Assembly: GCA_951406725.2 (NCBI GenBank)
Contig: OX597827.1
Coordinates: 56,420,001-56,484,000 of the forward strand
Length of the DNA stretch: 64,000 nucleotides
From: Octopus vulgaris
Taxonomy: Eukaryota
Direction of reading: 5' to 3'
Shown here: positions 12,790 through 24,071 of the stretch, in pieces
How the letters are laid out: each line of letters begins with the position of its first letter
How positions within the stretch are numbered: the stretch's first letter is position 1
Translations under genes and position numbers: made by a program
The notes under the pieces: model-generated
Told to the model about the DNA's origin: nothing
The model's input: only the letters and a program-made list of their open reading frames with translations
Databases searched by the model: none

Positions 12790-12931
12790 CAGCTGAACTC
12801 TGGGTTATGTAACAACTCTAGTTGCATTTTTCTGTCTTCAGCACCATATTCATCCAATTCTGATATGGAGGTTGGTGGTCGGATGTTGGGAATGTATTTG
12901 GCAAATACGTCTGGTTTTAACTGGGCATATT
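12790..12931 (-). CDS. CACUL1: CACUL1 coding exon 7 (EYAQLKPDVFAKYIPNIRPP...HNPEFS)
   Basis: Resembles vertebrate LFSKFIPNILPP..ESELSEYAAQD. Acceptor TTTCTAG, weak donor GTCTGT, phases consistent. Confidence 0.9.
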
Positions 12932-13849
12932 CTAGAAAACAAATGTACATACATATACATCACTGTCTAAATTCATTATTATCAAAAGTGGGTAGCTGGA
13001 ATACGTCTTCTTACAAGGACCACTGGACAAATGAATGGCTGTTACACCAAGTAGGTGAAAGACGACAACTGAACATTGTGAAAAAAAACAAAAGCTCATC
13101 TATTATGGTTGTATTCAAAGAAGCAGAGGTTTGGAAAACATTATCATGGAAGGAAGAGTAGGGCTTTGTGTGCTAGGTGAGGTTAGAGTATGACAGAGTG
13201 GCAGAAACAGGTGACTTACTGTAAAGGAGATATATGGCTACCCAAGTGTGTGTGAGAGAGAGAGAAATGGTGAAAAAAATGTGTCGGGGTAACATTTCAA
13301 CAACATAAAGTAGTTTCAACTTACATTTGTATTAAAATTTGCTACAATATTGAAACCATCATCATCATCATTCTTTAACGTCCATTTTATTGATTTTATT
13401 AATTCTTATATATTATGATATTTGAATATATTATTTATTGAGATAAAATAAAATATCAAAATTGATTTGTTGTATATGTTGTATAATATTTTAGAATATT
13501 GGGTAATGTTAGTTGGTATGGGTTGGACGGTTTGACCAAAGTTGGCAAGCTGGAGAGCTGTACCAGCTTCAAGTCTGATTTGGCCTGGCTTCTACAGCTG
13601 GATGCCTAACACCAACCACTTTACAGAGTGTACTGGATGCTTTTAATGCGACACTGACCTGAGCACTTTCATGTGGCACAGGCATGAGTGCTTTTTATGC
13701 GACACTGGAACAAGGCTATGCAGGGCCAATCCCCTTCCCCAGGAGGAGCAGCCTTAACACTTCTGTTGTGGTGGACAGCAAGGCACCAGATAAATAACAA
13801 ATTTTATCATTTTAACTTGACCCTGAATTTCACTTAGCATCTCGTATTT

Positions 13850-14348
13850 TCATTTCGTTGAATGAAGCAACCCTGATGACAATGATGGAGTTAATCCAAA
13901 TGTAAACATGAATTCAAAAATATCCCTAAGGGGAAATAATTCTCGTGAGTGTTCTACATTCAAAATACAAATCAGCATTTCCCGAGACATACGCCCCACT
14001 GATGGAGCCTGGGAAAATTGTGGTGGGGCATGGGATCCAATTTTTTTTTTGTTTTGTTTAGTGGGACATGGAATTGTAAAAATCATTTTTTCACAGCAAA
14101 AATACTACACCTATACTCAACTTAACCAAACCAATCCCTCCAGCCAAGCATACTGTGTGAAGACTGTTTGCTACAGTATAGTGTTATTCTAAATCCCTTG
14201 TGTGGATATTTTTTTAAGGAAAATATATCATTATGAAATATGAAATATTAAAAATAATGTTGCTTTTTTTTTTCTAACCACTGGTGGGGCATACATTTTT
14301 CTGGAAAGTTATAATGGGGCCTGGAGGAAAATAGGTTGGGAAAAATTG
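13850..14348. mobile_element. Decayed hAT-like non-autonomous element
   Basis: Ends in GGTTGGGAAAAATTG (Charlie-like TIR). Internal segments are shared with 59878-60310. Confidence 0.45.
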
Positions 14349-14783
14349 GTTTATATTGCCCAATAATTTAAGATCTCATTGGATATACTTCCCTTGCTTC
14401 TTGATTTTAGAAATTATATATCCCTAGAGGGAGGTTTGTATTTACTAAATGCCTGGATAATTTTCGCTGATCAAAGTATTTCAACTCACTATGTTACTTG
14501 TATGAGATCCACCATAAATATTCTTTTCTACACTAGGCACAAGGCCCGAAATTTGGGGGGAGTGGGGCCAGTCAATTAGATCGACCCCAGTATGCAACTG
14601 CTATTTAATTTATCGACCCTGAGAGGATGAAAGGCAAAGTCGACCTCGGTGGAATTTGAACTCAGAACGTAAAAACACCCATCATAAATATTGAATCATA
14701 CACATTAAGGAAAGTCCCATGTTCACTCCTCTCTCTCTCTCTCGCTCTTTTACTGTCTCAAATACAAATACACTGATGATTAC

Positions 14784-14873
14784 CTGGATTTAAAGAATAA
14801 AGGTTTTTGATAATGCTTGCCATCACAGGAGGGGATATAGTGAAGGGAACAGACAAAGCTTTCTCCAACAAAT
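14784..14873 (-). CDS. CACUL1: CACUL1 coding exon 6 (NLLEKALSVPFTISPPVMASIIKNLYSLNP)
   Basis: Acceptor TTTGCAG, donor GTAATC; resembles [21 protein letters not shown]. Confidence 0.92.
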
Positions 14874-15929
14874 CTGCAAAGATACAAAGGAAGCATTTAG
14901 ACACATGCCATAAAAGCCAAAAATGGTGGAATCTTAAATGCTGTTCACTACAAACCATCACAATTAAAAAAAGTAAAATTATTGGATTATTTCTTATAGA
15001 AATGAACAACAGTTTGAGAAAGTGATTAATTTATAAGAAATTTCTATGTCAGCTTTAATGAAAGAAGTTTTGTGACATTTTGTTGCCTTCTTTTTTCTAA
15101 AATATTTTAATGCTCCCCAACACATACCTAACCCTTACTACTTCTATGAAATAGATGGGGCAGTCACACATTTGAATGCAACTATAATAGTAGATTTATG
15201 GGACACAGGCACTAGATATCCAGTGACTACTAGCATCTCATAGATTTGCTTGTTTGAAGCTGACCTGGGGTTAAACAGCAACAACTGTTGTTGTTGTTGT
15301 TGTTGTTTAGTACCAGAGTATATTTGACCAAGCAGACCTATAACCAAAGGCATTCCCACTGCAACCAACTCATCTTTTTCCTATTTGCAGAGAACCCAAG
15401 ATTATATCATCTGTGTCCTTTTCTAATATTTGGCTTCTATTTGTAGAAGATCAAGCAATCATACACAAATACTCCTTTGTATTTGTTATTGGCAAGATGA
15501 GTCTATAATTGGATGGAATTCTGGTATAAACACCCCATAACTTTTTTATTTTTTGGAATTTTCTGAAAATTTTTGTGAATTTGTGTTCTACACATGGGAA
15601 TTCATACAATTATACTAAAAAAAATCTTTCTTTGCCTGTGTGATTTAATAGCAATTTAGCTGTTACTTTTCGGCACATCTCATGACCACCTAATACCTTC
15701 CTCATTTCTTTGTCATTTTGACACGTATTGATGTTTTTCGATATTTTTCTCCCCATAAACACATTTAATAGAATGATGATGCACCCAAGAGTGGCCCATT
15801 GCTGAGATTTAAGCAAAAAATTTGAACTGTCCATAAACAGATTTAAAAAAAGTGAAACTTTTAGGATTTATAGGGCAGAGGGGGGGGAGAGTTTACAAAG
15901 CTTTTTAAAAATTAGTTTTTTTTTATAAT

Positions 15930-16287
15930 CGTAGGCTGATGCCAGCGCCGCTTCGACTGGCTTCTGTGCCGGTGGCACGTAAAAAGCACCATCTGAACGT
16001 GGCCGATGCCAGCGCCACCTTGACTGGCTTCCGTGCAGGTGGCACATAAAAAGCACCAATCGACCGTGGCCGATGCCAGACCCCTCTGGCACCTGTGCAG
16101 GTGGCATGTAAAAAGCACCCACTACACTCGCGGAGTGGTTGGCGTTAGGAAGGGCATCCAGCTGTAGAAACACTGCCAGACCAGACTGGAGCCTGGGGCA
16201 GCCCCTGGCTCCCCAGACCCCGGTTGAAACCGTCCAACCCGTGCTAGCGCGGAAAACGGACGTTAAACGATGATGATGATGATGATG
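15930..16287 (+). mobile_element. Young (CpG-intact) RTE-LINE 3'UTR/tail with internal repeats and (GAT)n tail
   Basis: Three GGTGGCACGTAAAAAGCACC-type units. Related copies at ~13357-13720(-), 24925-25265(-), 33165-33352(+) and 41830-42036(+). Confidence 0.85.
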
Positions 16288-17110
16288 TATGTGTTTAACT
16301 GGTACTTATTTTATGGACCCTGAAAGAATGAAAGGCAAAGTAGACTCTGGCACCAGAATTTAAACCCGGAATGTAAAGACAGACAAAATGCTTAGCAGCA
16401 AGAAATCTCAAGAACTGCTGTATGGATTTGGATTAAACTTTCAAGGATGTTTGGCCTCATGACTGGCACGGTCTCACTAGATTTTGGGACCTATCCGGTA
16501 CCAGACAAGGATCCTGGATTATTTTTCCAATTTTTTTTTACTTTACATACATCTATATGTAATGTTTCACATAGTTCTCTTGTATACACACACACATACA
16601 CACATATCTTCAGCGTTGAACATTACCATCCCATTTCCATTGTACACACACACATGCACGCAAACATACCTCTCTTTTACACACACATATATTCACACGC
16701 CGTTTATCAGCTTTTTCACACCTTCCTTCGATATTCATCTATCACCCCTTCCTTTCTCATTCATATGATGCTCTCTTTGCCATTTATCTCCTTTGCCTTC
16801 ACCTCTCACTCCGGCTCTATTTTATATATACACACACACACACACAAATATATAAAAAGACAACGCTCATTATTATATTAGGAGATTATACATACATTTC
16901 AACACTTTACAATATACTTACATATATACATAATTCTATACATCAATCTAAAACAATAGGATTACTAAAGGAAGACCAAAAGGTCTCATGATATTCATTG
17001 AAGGATTTTATTTAAGATATTCTCATTTTAAAATTCATCTCCAGTTAATCGTTGAGAGGACGTTGGTGTTGAATTGGCTCTCTGAGTGCTCTTGCTATTA
17101 TTATTATTAA

Positions 17111-17606
17111 GGCAGCAAGCTGGCAGAATTGTTAGCCTCCTGGGCAAAATGTTTAGCAGCATTTCATCCATCTTTACGTTTTGAATTCAAATTCCACCAA
17201 ACTCAGCTTTGCTTTTCATTTTGTTGGGGGTCAATAAAAATAAGTACTAGTTGAACACTGGAGTCAATATAATTGACTTATCCCTCCCTCAAAATTGCTG
17301 TCCTTGTGCCAAAATTTGAAACTATTATTATTATTATCATTATCACTACTATTATTATTATCATTATTATTATTATTATTATTATTATTGTTGTTGTGGC
17401 AAACTGGTAGAATAGTCAGTACACCAGGCAAAATGCTTGGCAGTATTTCTCCCATCGTTACATTCTGAGTTCAAATTCCGCCGAGGTTGACTTTGCCTTT
17501 CATCCATTCGGGGTCGATAAATTAAGTACCAGTCAAATACTGGGGTCAATATGATCAACTTTCTCCCACCCGCAAAATTTCAGGCCTTGTGCCTATAACA
17601 AAAAGG

Positions 17607-17639
<33 letters not shown>

Positions 17640-17775
17640 ATTATTGTTATTATTATTATTATTAGTTCTTACATAGACCCCTAAAAGATGAAATACAAAG
17701 CTGACTTTGGTGAGATTTGAACTCAGAGTGTAAAGGGTCATAACTAAATACTGCAAGGCAACTCTGTGCAATTCT
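17111..17775. mobile_element. Two tandem SINE B copies with (ATT)n tails plus one inverted fragment
   Basis: Family B motifs; (ATT)n at 17323-17390 and 17608-17662. Confidence 0.85.
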
Positions 17776-17840
17776 CTAGTAATGCACTGAACAAAGCAAG
17801 CGATTCGGCATACAATTATAATTTATGTTAATATACTCAC

Positions 17841-17943
17841 TAAGTAAGTTATTCACATGCTGCTCTACAACAATCTCGCTAAACAGATTTCTCAGTTCTT
17901 TATTTAGGTCTGTCTTTAATTTGGTTTCCACATAAAACCGGTT
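17841..17943 (-). CDS. CACUL1: CACUL1 coding exon 5 (NRFYVETKLKTDLNKELRNLFSEIVVEQHVNNLL)
   Basis: Acceptor TTTCAG, donor GTGAGT; resembles NKFYIETKLNRDL. Confidence 0.95.
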
Positions 17944-18289
17944 CTGAAACGGAAGAAAAAGAAAAACAATAGAAACAAAATTGAAAATTAAGTAAATCTG
18001 CAGAATAAATAAGCTGAGATGAGCTGCAATAAAGTACTCCATAAAAAAAGGCAATGAAGATAATGCTATTAATGATTATGGTTGTTGCCCTTATTGATAA
18101 GCTCTGATCAGTTCTAAAGCAAGGGTCTCAAATCTTATAATAATAACGAACTTATTGTATCTCATCAGAAAAAGTAACCAAAACTGCATGAACAGAACAC
18201 AGAATATGTACAGGAAGTTAACAGTAAATAAGTCTTAAAAGAAAAAAAAACAACAGGGGTTGGGGTATTTCATTAAGCATGGAAGTTTT

Positions 18290-18510
18290 GAAGGACTGGC
18301 TGATGACAGTCAAGGCTAATCTGGAACCCAACCTAGGCCCCCATATCTACGGCGTTCGCCACTGGAATAAGGAGTGATTGGAGATCACGCGGTCGTTAGC
18401 CTCAAATCGCCAGGTCTGGTCGGCGTTTGTGAGAGATGCAGCAATGAGGATGAATGAAGCCAGCTCAACCCACCCCGGGTGAATGCTGTCTCAAGGCAAG
18501 ATGAAGAAAG
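18290..18510 (+). mobile_element. 3' end of a third RTE-like LINE (decayed)
   Basis: Translates WLMTVKANLEPNLGPHIYGVRHWNKE*...NRQVWSAFVRD...SSTHPG*. Confidence 0.65.
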
Positions 18511-19725
18511 ATGTAGTGTTCTTGACAGTTAATAACTGTAGCAGGTAGTTTATACCATGCTTCAACAATTCTGAAGGTAAAAGAATGTTTCCAAAAGTCA
18601 CAGGTGCTGTGTTGTTTTTGATTTTGTAAGCATGTCCAAGAGCGTTAGACGTATGAAATTCAAAATAGGTGCCCAAGGTTATTGTTAGAAAGATGGTGAA
18701 TAATATTGTGAGTGTCTCTCAAATCAGTTGTGTAACTCAATACCCAATTTCACTGAACGGTGTTTTACAAACACTCTTTTCACATGATTTCGCAAATGAA
18801 AAGTTTTAAGAAATGTCAATTATTTAACCAAACAAATAACTTATTTTATGCATTGATTTATTATCCATATATAGGCATAGGTTGTGTGGTAAGAAGTTTG
18901 CTTCTGAACCACATGGTCTCAGGTTCAGTCGCCACTGCATGGCACCTTGGGCAAATGTCTTCTACTATAGCTCCAAGCCTTGTGAATGGATTTGGTAGAT
19001 GAAAACTAAAAGAAGCCCATTGTATGTATGTATGTATGTATGTGTGTGTGTGTATGTATGAATGCATGCATGCATGCATGTATGCACGCATGCATGTATG
19101 CGTGTATGTATGTATGCATGTATGTATGCATGCATGTATTGTTTGATGAACAGCAATGTGAAATTCTGTGTAACAGTTTGTGAAGATTTTTTTGGCTATT
19201 TGAGTACTATTACTGTCTGCTTTCTATATGCAGCCTTCTCAGAGATTCATAATTTCCATTTTCTTTCTCATATGTCTTTACATATGCATATGTATATGTG
19301 ACAGGTTTCCATACAGTTTCTGTTGACCAATTTCACTTACAAGGCATTGGGTGATCTGAGGTGACAGTAAAAGACACTTGCCCAAAGTGCCATATAGTGA
19401 AATACAAATGAAACTGTGTGGTCACAAAGCAAACTCCATATCCATACAACCATACCTGTGACTGTCCAGAAAAACACAAATTAACAGAATGCCTATTCTA
19501 TATGAAGACTCAAGAACCATGAGTCAACAATTAAATACCTTATCCATTAGGTCACTTAAAAAAATCACCTATAATGGATAACTGAAAAGGATTTGAGAAC
19601 AAAATTATATTAAAGAAATAACATTGTACAATTTCAGTCATTTCATTTTCATCCTCTTGGTCCAAAGACAAATTCATTACAATTCCCAAATCATGTTCAT
19701 AACTGCTGTTAGCAAAACTACTCAC

Positions 19726-19821
19726 CATGTAATTGAATATTGGCACAATTCCATTTAAAGCTTGTAAATACTGGTTCATTAACACAGAAAATCGTTCAAC
19801 AAACATTGTGGAATCACTCCG
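19726..19821 (-). CDS. CACUL1: CACUL1 coding exon 4 (RSDSTMFVERFSVLMNQYLQALNGIVPIFNYM)
   Basis: Acceptor CTTCAG, donor GTGAGT; resembles [26 protein letters not shown]. Confidence 0.95.
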
Positions 19822-21567
19822 CTGAAGAGGAAAAAAAAATGAAAATAAAATTTAGAACATAAAAGAAATAAAAATAATCACACATGTCATTATTAGTGCT
19901 GGTATTATTAAATTTTATTCAACTAAAGTTGTGAATTAATGAATAATCAAAGCTATGGGGCTCAGTGTAACATAGAAATGCACTGGCTTACCCTAAGTAT
20001 ACTAAATGAAAACTTCATCTTTATGTAGTGTATCCAGTATATCTAGACAGTAACCCTTTAGCATCCAGATTACTCTGTCAAGTGTAATGCTTATTTATTC
20101 ATATCAATTTGTATTAGTCATGCATCATCTTGTAGCTTTGAAACTTCAATGACGTGACTGTTTACCTTTAGAATGACATTGTAGGGTAAGTGTGAGAGAT
20201 CAAATCTGGCCAGTTTGAACATAAAAACAGGTAGAACATTTGGGCCAGATATAGCCAGTTTAAAATCTAAAGGATTAAGCTAATGACTATATTGTCAGTG
20301 ATCCAGTATCTTAATCTTGCCATTACTGTAATTTTCATCTTCTGCAAGGTTTTATCTTTGAATAATATTTTGCAGTTTTTCTACAAACTACAATAATATC
20401 TTAGGGTAAGTGTGAGAGGCCAGATCTGGCCAGCTTGAACATTAAACAGGTAGAATATTTTGGTTAGACGAGGCCAGTTTAAATGTTAAAGGTTTAAACT
20501 GCATCTGTTGCTGAGGTTACAGTTCAGGAGCTCTGGAGTTGTGGGGTGTGTGGAGTCACCCCTTAATTTCCATTAATCTCAAGTCTGTTCTAACCTGGAA
20601 TGGTAGTATCTGTCAGGATCACAACTATAGGTTAAATAGAATTTTGTAAGCATAAATTGAGCTCCAAAACTCCAAAATTAATACTCCCTTCCAACATGTC
20701 CAAAGCCAGCATGGAAGAGTATGACTGATGAAAGAAACTAACATGAAATATTTCCAATAACATAGATTTATACTATGGAAGCAACTGATATTAGTGTGCA
20801 TTCTGCTGTAGGCAGAGATAGCAGGAAATGATAATCTAGAGCAAAACATCCTGGTAGACCTAATCTCTCTCCAATCCAAACAAAAAGTCCATCTTAACAC
20901 ACAGCAGTCTAAGAAAACATTCATTAACCATATAATGCTCATTGATATATATGTAAGTCATGATTTGCACATACAATCTCTATTCAACTGGCACGCTGCT
21001 AGTTAAGATGACAAGAGTTCCAGTTGATCCAATCAATGGAACAAGCTGCTTGTGAAATTAATGTGCAAGTGGCTGAGCACTCCACAGACTATATGTACTC
21101 TTAACGTAGTTCACAGGGAGATTCAGTGTAACACACAATGTGACAAGGCCGAACCTTTGAATTACAAGTACATCTCATTTTGCCAGCTGAGTGAACTGGA
21201 GCAACGTGAAATAAAGTGTCTTGCTCAAGGACACAACATGCTGCTGGGAATCAAATACATGACCCTATAATTATTGGCCAAATACCCTAACCACTAACCC
21301 ACAGTTACAATGTTTGAGAGTTCCTCAACTAATTGATGGACTCAGTGTCATACCAGTTATAAGTTACACACTGTAGACTAGTGTGCAACCTTTTCTGAGA
21401 AGCAGGTCACACGAGACATGACACATCATCAGGCAAGCTGGACTACATTGTAGATTATGTGTGAGAGGCCAGATCTGGTTGGTTTGAACATAGAAGAGAT
21501 AGAATATTTGGGCTGGGTATGGCTGGTTTAAATGCTAAAGGATTAAAATACTGCATGTGTATCAAGA

Positions 21568-21650
21568 GATAAGGTGGGTGAGTAGTTAAAGTGATGGACT
21601 TCTAATCCACTGGGGATCCCCCTGCATGAGTTTGAATCTCACCCTTGTTA
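21568..21650 (+). pseudogene. tRNA-Ser(GCT)-derived pseudogene, anticodon reads TCT
   Basis: Aligns with GACGAGGTGGCCGAGTGGTTAAGGCGATGGACTGCTAATCCA...GTTCGAATCCCACCCTCGTCG. Long variable arm, CpG decay, T-loop TTTGAAT, TTTT downstream. Confidence 0.75.
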
Positions 21651-22546
21651 GTAACATTTTCAAGGTGGTGCCCCAGCACAGCTGCAGTCCAATGGCTGAA
21701 ACAAGTAAAAGATAGATGTAATTCAACGATAGCACTTAGCATTTGCCAGATTAATCAGTACCATAACTCTCACCTTCCATGTCTTACTCTAACGCTTATC
21801 TTAGGTAGGACACCGTTATCCAGGTAACATATGCACAGCTGACATAAAATGTTACCATACTGTCATATAATGGATGTGGTATTAGATGTCACCAGTCTTG
21901 CCTATCTAACCAACAAAATTTTTTTTTTTTTAATTAAATGAAATAATGATGATAACAACAGAGAAGCTCTAGTAATTTCTGTGTGTCAAGTGTTTCCAGT
22001 CTATTCATTCAACTGTTATGGGTGAATGCCAGGATGTACTAATGTAGTGCAGGTAGATTTGGGGCAATGAGAGAGGGAAACTGGTGACTGAATCTTTCAG
22101 CTGAGTCTAGAGCATAGGCAAAATGAAAAGGAGTATTTCAGGTTTTGCTCTAAATGTTTTTAGATACTGATTAATACATAAACAGAGTGCTTAATTAATA
22201 TATCACAATCTTACTGAGAGAACATTACCTGATTCTAACTACACTGAAGTTGATGAGACCCAACTACATTTAAATTGTAATCCTTAGGTTGTTAAACCTA
22301 CATGTTCTCTCAGGGGATTATAATTCCAAATTTATTTCAGAACAAGGCTACAAATACTTTACCCAGAAATCATAGCCCCCTTTCCCACTCGAGTGGTTGA
22401 TCACTACTTAATCATGGCAACCAGCAGCGTTCTTTCCTAGAGTACAACTCTTGTCCCTTGAACACATTTTTGCACTTTAACTTAGCTAACTGGTCAGAGC
22501 TCCCACCCATTCTATACTAACTACCCTTTGTAAATAATGTACTGTA

Positions 22547-22653
22547 CTTCTGACCGGTCCAAGAGAATTATCGACGTGACAAATTTCTAGGTATATTCTT
22601 CTGACCGGTCCAAGAGAATTATCGACGTGATCAATTTCTAGGTATGTTCTTCT
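22547..22653. repeat. Tandem duplication of a 51-bp unit
   Basis: CTTCTGACCGGTCCAAGAGAATTATCGACGTGA..ATTTCTAGGTAT.TT occurs twice. Confidence 0.95.
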
Positions 22654-22905
22654 ACATCACTCACACAACCCTAAAATTCCTGAGTTATTTACTCATTGCT
22701 TCAGGAGAGACAAGAGAAGCTTTCTGGATATAGGCAGAGGGTTGGCTTTGTGATATGAAGTTTGCTTCCCAACCACATGGTCCTAGGTTCAGTCCCACTG
22801 CATGGCACAATGGGCAAGTGTCTTCTACTATAGCCTCAGGCTGACCAAAGCCTTGTGAGTGGATTTGGTAGACGGAAACTGAATGAAGCCTGTTGTATAT
22901 GTATG

Positions 22906-22938
<33 letters not shown>

Positions 22939-23060
22939 ATTTGTTTCCCATCACCACCACTTGACAACCGGTGTTAGTGCATTTATATCCCGAGCTGGCA
23001 GAATCGTTAGCATGCCGGGCGAAATGTTCATATGTTGAGGTATGCCTGTATATCCCTAAA

Positions 23061-23266
23061 TTCAAAATGTGACCGCGTGTGTACCGTTGGCGATTTTTTT
23101 CCCTCTGTCTTCCTTTTTCCGGATCTTTTCTTCTCCTATGTTTCCGACGAAGAGCTCCGCTCGAAACGTTAAACCCTCCTTCTTTCCTGAGCGTCCAATA
23201 ATACTATATTTGTTCCACGTCCTCGCATTGTTGTGTTTTTTTGTGCTTTCTTGTTTGGATTAACTT
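23061..23266 (+). mobile_element. Short Penelope-type element carrying a minimal hammerhead-ribozyme-like motif
   Basis: 12-bp TSD TATATCCCTAAA (23049-23060 and 23267-23278). Motif GTTT-CCGACGA-A-GAGC-TCC-GCTC-GAAA-CGTT-AAAC at 23140-23174. Confidence 0.65.
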
Positions 23267-23497
23267 TATATCCCTAAAAATCTCTTCTAAATTCCTAAAT
23301 TCCTACAGCCTATTTATCAGGTGAAACAAACAATTTTCATGTTTTCTTGTATGATATGGTCATGTGTGTATGTGTATGCATGCAATCTGTACTAGTGCAT
23401 TTGTGTATCTGTTGCCTAAGCATGTGTGTGTGTGTGTGAGAGAGAGAGAAAGAGAGAGAAATGGTGTAAGAAAAAGACTCAAGGCACAGTTACTTAC

Positions 23498-23606
23498 ACA
23501 CTCCTTTAGATGGGAATCAACCTGGCCTAAGTGGCGGCGGATGTGATTGATCAGGTCTGTATAGAGGCGCTCTGAGAACTGTTTACACACACATTTGTAG
23601 ACACAA
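23498..23606 (-). CDS. CACUL1: CACUL1 coding exon 3 (S-CVYKCVCKQFSERLYTDLINHIRRHLGQVDSHLKEC)
   Basis: Acceptor TTTTCAG, donor GTAAGT; resembles CVYKCVCQQHSEQMYSDL. Confidence 0.95.
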
Positions 23607-23988
23607 CTGAAAAGACAGGACTTTTAGGAATTTAAAACAATGGTATATGGTTCATAGACTACAAAAATACTGGCTTTTATAGTGTTTGGCATAGTTTCAA
23701 AAACACACACACACATGCACACTAAACACAAACATGTGCTTATGGATATACACATGGTCTTCTGTTCACTACCAACAGGCATTTTTCAGAGATCTTCCAC
23801 TTAGCAAGCTGCACAATTATGAAATGATACTAAAACACCATTAATTTAAATACTGGTTTCAAATTTTGGCACAAGGCCAGTAATTTCATGGGAGGGGGTA
23901 AGTCAAATACATCGATCCCAATGATCAGCTGGGCTGGGTATGGCTGGTTTAAATGCTAAAGGATTAAAATACTGCATGTGTATCAAGA

Positions 23989-24071
23989 GATGAGGTGGCT
24001 GAGTAGTTAAAGTGATGGACTTCTAATCCACTGGGGACCCCGCTGCATGAGTTTGAATCTCACCCTTGTTA
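23989..24071 (+). pseudogene. Second tRNA-Ser-derived pseudogene copy inside a duplicated 161-bp segment
   Basis: Near-identical to 21568-21650. Confidence 0.75.

Noticed and set aside
12772-13161. 129-aa plus-strand ORF antisense to CACUL1 exon 7
   Set aside because: No recognisable motifs; explained as the antisense shadow of a coding exon.
21568-24071. Mitochondrial tRNA-Ser(UCU) insertion (NUMT)
   Set aside because: The sequence has a full D arm, A/B boxes and a long variable arm like cytosolic tRNA-Ser, and no flanking mitochondrial sequence.
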